From Octopus sinensis (taxonomy: Eukaryota): a stretch of 64,000 bases of DNA. The translations under genes and the position numbers were made by a program. Each line of letters opens with the position of its first letter. Position 1 is the first letter of the stretch. The stretch is from positions 104,098,001 through 104,162,000 of the forward strand of contig NC_043002.1 of assembly GCF_006345805.1 (NCBI RefSeq). The letters are read 5' to 3'. Positions 55,001-64,000 of the stretch are shown piece by piece. The notes under the pieces were generated by a model. The model did not search any database. It worked only from the letters and a program-made list of their open reading frames with translations, and was not told where the DNA came from.

Positions 55001-55372
55001 CTCACACCGTATGTTTACACATTCCCACTGAGAAAGAGTGTTTAAGTGTACATCTCTTTATTTTGAATGTACAAGGATATACTTTTTGTCTTTTTTTTAT
55101 TTTCTGTAAAATATGTTTCCTCAATTTTTACTTCTTGTTTTGCCATTGGAAATGTTTAATAATTTTTCGGAAAAATTCTCAGTAGATATAAATTGTAATT
55201 TTACATTTTACAATATAACATTTTCAAGCCCAAGGCGATGAAAATCTTTTAATCGTTCCTGTATCGTGGCTCCAGGCTTTTCATACGTTACTCTCTGCAT
55301 TTGTTAACTCTAATGGAAGAAGTGGAATTGAAATTTATTCCTGTGCTTCTACGTTTTCTTTCACTTCCCTTT

Positions 55373-55374
<2 letters not shown>

Positions 55375-55430
<56 letters not shown>

Positions 55431-55488
55431 GCAGCCGCATCCTCATCATCCTCATCATCACCATCAACATCATCACCATGAGCATCAC

Positions 55489-55521
<33 letters not shown>

Positions 55522-55740
55522 TATTATTATTATTATTATATTACTATTATTATTATTTCTATTATTATTATTATTATTATTATAATTATTATTATTATTA
55601 TTATTAGTATTATCATCACCATCATCATTATTATTATTATTTTATTATTATTATATTATTAGTATTATCATCACCATCATCATTATTATTATTATTATTA
55701 CTATTATTATTGTTATTATTATTATTATTATTATTATTAG
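55375..55740. repeat. (CAT)/(CAG)/(TAT)n compound microsatellite
   Basis: Direct reading. Confidence 0.95.
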
Positions 55741-56841
55741 TTTTTCTTTAAAGATATAATGGAGTAAAAAAAATATCACTTTCATTGCATGATAGATAAA
55801 TTCAAAAACACTGACGTATTTCGTAGCTTTCTTTCATCCAATTAAACTATGGAATCTTCTCTCACATTTTTTCTTGTTTTATTCCTGGAATTGTGAAATT
55901 TCATGAACTAGAAACCGTTGCTAACTTGTTGAAATCTGAGAAAGGTGATATGCACATTTTTATATATGCCTGGCTCTCTAAGAAACTAACATATAACAGT
56001 GATTGTAAGTTTATCACCTATTTCTATTATTTCCCGAAATATCTCTGTTATACAGAATTATTTAAAAGTTGAAAACATCCACTATCGTATACCTAATGCT
56101 AGCTATTTTTGTATAATGATCCCATTTGGTAATTCTTCAATGTAAATCAAGTTTATGTACTCATATAAAACATTAGGTATTTAATCCGGACGTCTAAGTA
56201 CACGTCTTTAAAAATCTTATCACTCCTATGTGTGTAGTTCGTTAGACTTCAGGCAGATTAAGAGACTATCACGAAGAGATTAGCCGAACAAACTGACAAC
56301 GATGCATTATCTTCTTTTAAGTCTGACAAACGTTTTATCAGTTTCATTTGCTGAAGTGCTAGGTTGCGAAGACGGAGTAAAAAGCACAGACTCATTCACA
56401 TATATCCATTTACACGCGCGCGCGCACACACACACACACACACACATACATACACTCACATAGACATACACATGCACACACACGCACACACACACACACA
56501 CAGACACACCCTCACTCACTCACACACCATTTGCAAATTCGTTTACAATTCGTTTATAAGGCAGTGATCTGCCTGGACCTAAAGTGTAACTCAGATGCCT
56601 AAATGACCCCGCAATGTGTCTGAACCGGAGTCCACGTGGTTATAAATCAAGTTTCTCAGCTACATAATATGCCTTCGAATAGATATAGAGTATATCATAT
56701 TTGTAACATAATTGCATACTCTTACATCTGTACAGGGTGTCACGTTGTTTGTAGATCACGTAATAAATTATTAAGTTTAGTGATATTTACACGTATAAGC
56801 ATGCTTATTTACGGATGATATTACTGTGACCTCTCGAAGCT

Positions 56842-56897
56842 CATCTTGTGAAGCACATCTCGTAAAGCACACGTCGTGAAGTACATCTTGTGAAGCA
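56842..56897. repeat. 14-bp minisatellite x4 (CATCTTGTGAAGCA)
   Basis: Units at 56842, 56856, 56870, 56884. Confidence 0.85.
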
Positions 56898-57129
56898 TGT
56901 TCCAGCATTCCAAATCCATACATGCATTCTATGTATGTTTGAAGTAAGCATAAAAGCTAAAAATACTGGAAGCATATCTCTGCAGAATAATTATAATTCA
57001 AATGAGGAGACTAGAAATCATATTCATCTCATCTAGGTCGTCTTAAGTGTTTCAGTTATGCATACTATAGGAGTCACAGGGCGCTGCACCATGTGGTCGC
57101 ACAGTTTCCATCTAACTAGAAATATTAGG

Positions 57130-57545
57130 GTCTCATCCATTCTCTTGTATTCAAGATCCTCTGCATGACATCCTGCGCGTTCAAAGTCAGGAATCTGATC
57201 TGTTAAGTCCTGCCGATAACTAAATCCATCCCCTTCTACCGACGGTTCGATTTATTTCATAAGATTTCGTCTGTCTCTTGACCTTCGATATGTCTGGCCT
57301 AGTCAGACCTACCTGAAGATTTCTCTCCCTGCAGGGTAGTTCTTCGGGTCAATGGAGCACACATGCACTTCACCGTGACAAGGAACTTGTTGAATTGACG
57401 GTTGACAACACAGTAGTTCTCCCACCCTTTGATGGGTCTTATTTTTCGGGTCAACAACACCTTCCTCACCAAGCAAGCTTGATGGGGTTGCCAGTTTAGT
57501 CGCCGACAACCCGATCGTGCGACAGGTTATGCTGAGTTACATGTT
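57130..57545 (-). mobile_element. Probable 5' region of an old LINE
   Basis: Contains the repeat shared with 50162-50228, then a minus-strand RFLTLNAQ resembling an APE-domain start; weak. Confidence 0.3.
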
Positions 57546-59207
57546 ACCATTAGCGGTTAAGAGTGACCTGGCATTAATTAGAAAAAAACTATTGATATTA
57601 TGCATTCAGCATTAAACGTTTCATTTGAGAGTAGGAGTTACAAAAAAATGTACATGTGGGAGAGGCAGGTAAGATATCTCTTACTGGAAATGCTTCAGGC
57701 AGAGAAATCACATTACAATATTCTTTGATTATTATCATTTTATTGTATTTCTGAAGAATATGTAATACGAGGTATCTTGCACATTTCTCTTTCTTGTAGA
57801 GTTTTGTAATTCATATTAGTAAACGAAACATGTGCAATGATGAATAAATAAAACCAACAGTTTTCACAATCTCCTGTTTTGTTGCATAAGTATGTGTGTG
57901 TTTGGTGTGTGTGTGTGTGTGGTGTGTGTGTGGTGTGTGTGTGTGGGTGTGGGTGTGCTTGCGTGCTTGCGTGTGTATATTTCAATTGTTTACCGCTGTA
58001 TTTGTAGGTATGTTCCTGATTATATCTGCAGAAAAAATAACTTTGTTTGGCGATGTCAAAAGGCTATTTTGAAAATTTTGCATCCTTAGAAAATTTCGCT
58101 GAAAATCTTTTATAAACAACTGAATTAAGTCGCAGGAACCTCATAATTCTGGTATTTGGAGTGAAATATATTCTGTATCATATCACTAAATTTGTGGAGA
58201 AGGGTCAATCGATAACGTAGATACACATACTTGAAAATTACGTTAGTTTATCATCACCGGAGGGATTCAAGACAATGGAAACTCTGGTAGATTTTGAACC
58301 TACACAGTAATGAATTGGAAGACGTCGTAAAACACTTTACCGAATCCCATAACTGTTCTGCAATTCAATCGCCTTAGATATCTTATATACTGTGAAGTGT
58401 GCCGCTCTTTGAATCGCTTCTTTATTCCTGTAGCTCTTCGTATTTCATAATAATATTCCAGCACAGATTAAATGACAATATAACCCAATCCAAACACTCA
58501 AACATAAAATATGAAAGAAACTACTTTCACCATTTATCAGAAATTTTCATTCGATTCAAGGTTTAAAACTTCGAAGCTTCTCAGAAGAAAGAAAATATGT
58601 AGAACTAAAAAAAACAACGTAACCTAAATATAAATTATGTAATAAAAACCCAAATTCTTCACCTCTTTCCAAAGCTTTCTTTAATGCGCCGATTCCAATT
58701 ATTATAAATCCGATTTTCAATACATGCATTCAATAAAGATAAACTATATGAACAATGCATTGTGAAATCACTCTTAAGCTTGTATTAAAATAATTTTAAA
58801 TCTTATCTGCAAAGCAGCAGGCTTTTCAGAATTCTAAGGATCAAACTACACCACATTATACTTAATTAGTTTTTTTCTTTTACCCCTCAATTATCAGTAA
58901 AATACATTCAAGGTTTCGTTAATATTGGTCTTCTTTAACATCTTCCATAGGATACGCAGTATATATTTTCGACCGTATTAACGTTAAAAGGGACCACGTT
59001 AGCATATTTATCTTATAAATATTTCAAATTATATTTTTCTTTGAACCTTTCTCTCTTTGCGTCATTAATATAAATATTATATTATGAATTTATTTTGTTT
59101 TAATATTTCATTTTCAAAGTGATTATCGGTTTAGAGAAGTTATATATTCAATATTTGAAATCCCAAATTAAATTTAAACCATTAGAAAACATATCTTAAG
59201 AGAATGA

Positions 59208-59298
<91 letters not shown>

Positions 59299-59599
59299 GT
59301 GCGTAGGTGTGTGTTTGCATGCATTTATGTTCATTTATGTACGTGGATGCGTATATATAAATGTATTATTATATATGTATGGATGCGTGCATGTGTGTTA
59401 TAGTTATGTTCTAATTCATATTTCATCTCATTAAATCCAGTATGTTACCTCGGTAGAATACTCTCTATGGAGTATGATAAACGCTTATAGTTTAAAATAC
59501 AATTTCTCTTTTCACCGCAATAAATGTTATATAGGTTTCATTCAGACAACTTATATTCTTTAAGATATTGCCATTGAATTATCTCATCATTTCGATTTA

Positions 59600-60130
59600 C
59601 CGAACAATACGCGGCCCAGTATGCATATCATTATGACTTAATAGCACACGCTCTTGTGGACACTCAGCTATCGTTTTATTTCAACTATAATGCTTTATTC
59701 ATGAAGCTAAGAACACATCTCTCGTGATACTATGTTCAAATAAATGGAGCCGACCAGGAAAACAAAAAGGTAAAAAAGGAAACGAGGTGGTCGCGGAGGA
59801 TGTGGGCTGATAGCGACGTATTTGACATTTGTGGAATTGGCGAAATAATGAAAGCAGCAATTTGAACCTTGTACCCCAAGATTCCAATGCACTTCTTAAG
59901 TAATGCAACTCACGTAACGATGCTTTTCCATTCAATACAACCCACTTGAAGCAAATCTTTGATGCCATTGTATAAATTACGCTCTTCGCACATTTATTTA
60001 ATCGATCAAAGATTCAGAATGTTTTAGCTCTTCTTTCAATAGATATTCCAAAAAATGTATATACGTTGACGCTCTATACAAGCAGTAAGAATTGCAAGAA
60101 AATTGTCTCTGCCTAAATTCATTGTAAAAG
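59600..60130 (+). pseudogene. Possible piggyBac transposase relic
   Basis: INGADQENKKVKKETRWSRRMW..VFDICGI resembles GG.D..DQ..Y..R.T.RW..LD..N; CKKIV..IH resembles the C-terminal Cys-rich domain; heavily broken. Confidence 0.35.
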
Positions 60131-60689
60131 TGTTGATAGTTCATGACCGACATTGTTGAACGTATATAATCAATTTATATCTTCTACCATGTTAGTTTAG
60201 TTTGCTTCAAGATGGTCCTTGTGGATTCTAGAAAACATTTCATTAAGTTCTTTACAATTTCCTAGTTTATAGTCTTCCCACACAATGGAGACATCACATT
60301 GATGAAATTGCAACTAGCTTTGAGGCATATTAACAATAAGAATGCTCCAAGTGAGCAGAGTTAATGTATAACTTTCAATCTTCAGACAGGTAGCATTAGT
60401 TCTTTTAGTAATAATATTATAAGGAATGTTTCATTCCACACTGCACGCACGTAATAGACTTAGGTGAGTGTAATATGATTAATAGAAAGTACGGTCAATC
60501 GAGCAAACTTCTAGTTTTGCAAAATATAAAATTGTTTGTTTGCTCTTAGCGCTTTTTCTTTTCCTTTTTTTTTTCCTAGAAATATTCTTCTTCTTATGGA
60601 CACTTGTTTTCAAACTGATCACCATTTTCATAACGCAGAAACATGGAATCGCAAACAGCAAGAAACATATCGTTCAGCTTTCATGCGCA

Positions 60690-61600
60690 GTCTTCTTCAG
60701 CGTTTGCCCTGAATTCGTCGGTTATTGCTAGTTTAATAGCTTAAACTTTATAATCTAAGAGTCTCCATAAAAATGTTTAGTGGTGTGAGATCCGATGAAC
60801 GCGGGTGTTTTTCCACCGAGTCTTTTCGCACAATCCAACTTTTAGATTATAACTCATCAAGGTAGGCCCTTATATCATAGTGGTGGTGTGAGAGTGCTCC
60901 ATATTCTGGAATATGAAACTCTACATCACCAAGTGGAACTTGATCACTTAGCATGATAGTTTGCTACAGCAATCTTGAATACATGTGACCAATCAGTGTA
61001 TCATCAAAATTAATGATCCATTTAAAAGCCTTTGATGACGAACCACGCCATATTGTAACTCCTAATAAATTAACATGATGTTCGTTCGTAATATGAGGTA
61101 CCTCCGGTCACCAGAAGACACAAACACAGCGGTTATTTGAGTAATTTAAATGTCGTCTCATCAATTCGAGCCATCTTTGTTGGAAATTCTACACATGTTG
61201 TAAAGTACCACTGAGAAAGATCCACTCTCAGGTCTGGATCATCTTCATTGATAGTAAGAACATTTCTTAGAATTTTACTTTAAAATGTGCAGAAAACGCT
61301 TCATATTGAAATTTCTATAACACGGCCTGCTTTCAGGACCGTTGTTCTTGAACTCTGGTAAAGCGTTTCTGTTACCCACTCCTTACTTGAGGCGATCATC
61401 TATGGTCACCGTCTGAGAAAATTTTCTTTTTAATTTTCATTTTCAACATTTCCATCCGCTCCAGATTTGTTCCTACTTTGAGTGATGGTGTATCGTGTAG
61501 GTGGCGTTTTTTGAAATTCCTTTCTGAATTATTTTCGACAATGATTTCTCTTTGAATTTCCAATAACGTTTTAGAATCAATCAAATTTATTCAAAGCTGT
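60690..61600 (-). pseudogene. Tc1/mariner DD41D (rosa-type) transposase relic
   Basis: INEDDPDLRV..IDETTFKL (D1 at ~61160)..VPHITNEHHVNLLGVTIWRG..EYGA (D2 position 60901-60903)..WIVRK..PRSSDLTPLN (D3 position 60775-60777): 41 residues between the D2 and D3 positions; several stops. Confidence 0.85.
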
Positions 61601-61744
61601 GTCTGGTTCAGCTCAATTCTTCTAATTAATAAGTTATATATAAAAAGAAATGAAAACTCAGTCATCAGCAGTTAAAGTGTGTATACATAGTTTGGAACAT
61701 CCAGTATGAATGTTCGTGTGTGAGCGAATGTGTATCTTCATTTC

Positions 61745-62130
61745 TGTGGAGGCGCAATGGCCCAGTGGTTAGGGCAGCGGACTCGCGGTCATAGGATCGC
61801 GGTTTCGATTCCCAGACCGGGCGTTGTGAGTGTTTATTGAGCGAAAACACCTAAAGCTCCACGAGGCTCCGGCAGGGGATGGTGGTGATCCCTGCTGTAC
61901 TCTTTCGCCACAACTTTCTCTCACTCTTACTTCCTGTTTCTGTTGTGCCTGTATTTCAAGGGGCCGGCCTTGTCACTCTCTGTGTCACGCTGAATATCCC
62001 CGAGAACTACGTTAAGGGTACACGTGTCTGTGGAGTGCTCAGCCACTTACACGTTAATTTCACGAGCAGGCTGTTCCGTTGATTCGGATCAACCGGAACC
62101 CTCATCGTCGTAACCGACGGAGTGCTTCCC
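61745..62130 (+). mobile_element. Full-length tRNA(Arg)-like SINE family B with tail 1
   Basis: A box TGGCCCAGTGG, ACTCGCG anticodon-like loop, B box GTTTCGATTCC, tail ending CGTCGTAACCGACGGAGTGCTTCC. Confidence 0.92.
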
Positions 62131-62765
62131 ATCTTCATTATAACGATCGATCTTTGACTGTGACAAGGCTTAAACAATGTGAGCTAAATAATTCTATTAT
62201 TTTTAGCCCAAATGACATGTGTAATAGAGATCTGCTTGCGATATATTTTGGACAACCTATCAGACTTGAACTTGTTTCAACAGCGAATTTTAAATTTTAC
62301 TTTTACTAATCCGACAACATTTTCGCTCACGTGACCTATTCCAAACCAAGAGCCGACATTCATAACAGACAAAATATTTCGTCAGAGATTTGAGCTTGCA
62401 GCTTCGTTACTTAAATGATATAGACTATTTTATAATAAAAATTCAGAAGCTACTCATCTTAACTTTAATTATTATTAATATAAACTTTTAATATATTACT
62501 GCTCAAATTTGCATTAGTTCCTAAATATAAGCGAATATATTCATGTAGAATTATATATTTGTATCTCAGAGCAGGATAATTTACGCCTTCCAGTAGTTAT
62601 GCATATCACAAACTGCTTTATTTTCCAAAAGCGTTTCTGTTCGGCAATGCATGAATGACTAGAAGCCAACGGGTACAAAGTTAACATATATCCACCTATA
62701 TAGAGATATGCAGAAAAGAAATTAATTCTCTGGAGTTGTATCTTCTAAATACCTCCAGAGACGCG

Positions 62766-62869
<104 letters not shown>

Positions 62870-63362
62870 ATATGCCTATTTTAACGTGTATATGTATAAA
62901 CATGCGAAAGCGTGCACTGACAAGCGAGGAAATAGAGATGGTAGAAGATCCAGTCATAAACGTCGGGTCTCCGACAAGTATTTTGCGGAAAAACCTGCAC
63001 GGAACATTTCTTTATAGGACTTAAATATTCGTGTTGTATATTAGCTTACTCCCTCCATCGATTTGACATTAATTGTACATGGACACAGCGTACGGCTTTT
63101 CAGATATCGTAGTGAACGGATATCAGATTAAGAACAATTTACCCAAAATAGTAAAGACTCTTTTTCTCCGGATTATTCCAAGCACATAACAAGATATGCA
63201 CAATAAGGGTTTTTCTATTCTTTGATCAAGACTGGTGACTGAGGGGCATTGACAATGGCCTTGGGGGGATTTTGCTCAGGCCGCTAGGGGGAAGGCGCAG
63301 ACTCATAATTTAATATAAAAGTAGGTGTATGTATATATATATATATATATATAATATATATA

Positions 63363-63747
63363 TATTATATTAAATTAGAGATAAAACCACTATTAAGCAA
63401 ATCAAACAGTGAAAATCATAAGCTAATACATAGAAATAAAATAAATAAAATATATAAAAAAATATAAAATATATTTAAATTAAAGTTAAGATTAAAAATT
63501 TTTTTTAAATTAATAATTTAAACTTATAAATTTTAAATATATATATATATATTTAAAATTTATAAGTTTGAATTATTAATTTAAATAATTTTTAAAATCT
63601 TAACTTTAATTTAAATATTTTAATTTGGAATTTTATATTTTATATTTTTTATATATTTTATTAATTAATTTTATTTCTATGTATTGGCTTATGATTTTCA
63701 CTGTTTGACTTGCCTAATAGTGGTTTTATCTCTAATTTAATATAATA
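63363..63747. repeat. 385-bp foldback palindrome centred on (AT)n
   Basis: TATTATATTAAATTAGAGATAAAACCACTATT.. (left) is the reverse complement of ..AATAGTGGTTTTATCTCTAATTTAATATAATA (right); arms of ~175 and ~195 bp differ by scattered substitutions and indels. Confidence 0.9.
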
Positions 63748-63824
63748 CATATTTTTATACTATAAAATTAGATTCAATCCTATATCTAATTTTTCCCTGT
63801 AAGTTTGGATTTACTCCCTAATAT

Positions 63825-63855
<31 letters not shown>

Positions 63856-63922
63856 GAATGTATGTATGTACGTATGTACATATGTATACATATATTTGTA
63901 TAGGAGTGCATGCTAATATATG

Positions 63923-63960
<38 letters not shown>

Positions 63961-64000
63961 AATACTCCATACATTTTATTCGCTACTTAATATTTTAACA

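Noticed and set aside
60670-60706. Minus-strand CTGAAGA...GAAA
   Set aside because: No consistent stem II or stem III; expected by chance.

Overview
AT-rich, microsatellite-saturated animal genomic DNA with one 100-N scaffold gap (34475-34574). The (TA)n/(TATC)n/(AAT)n load and the tRNA-derived SINE families suggest a coleoid cephalopod, probably Octopus; this is inference from repeat content, not a database result. I found no supportable host protein-coding gene, and nearly all long ORF-track entries are microsatellite translations. The window is a transposon graveyard: several SINE families, three non-autonomous Helitron copies, LINE relics (CR1, RTE, two R4/Dong-type REL fragments), Tc1/mariner relics (one with DD41D spacing), a possible piggyBac relic, and a Penelope-like element (PLE) fragment with a GIY-YIG domain that the ORF track misses. 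The most interesting signal is a set of hammerhead-ribozyme (HHR)-bearing repeats sitting in microsatellites, several with an inverted segment. Chief among them is a near-homogeneous ~540-bp x ~4.6 tandem array (3355-5904) with one type-I minimal HHR-like motif per unit and an inverted left end joined by a 6-bp microhomology: a candidate retrozyme-like, circular-RNA-templated retroelement. All alignments and folds were done by eye.
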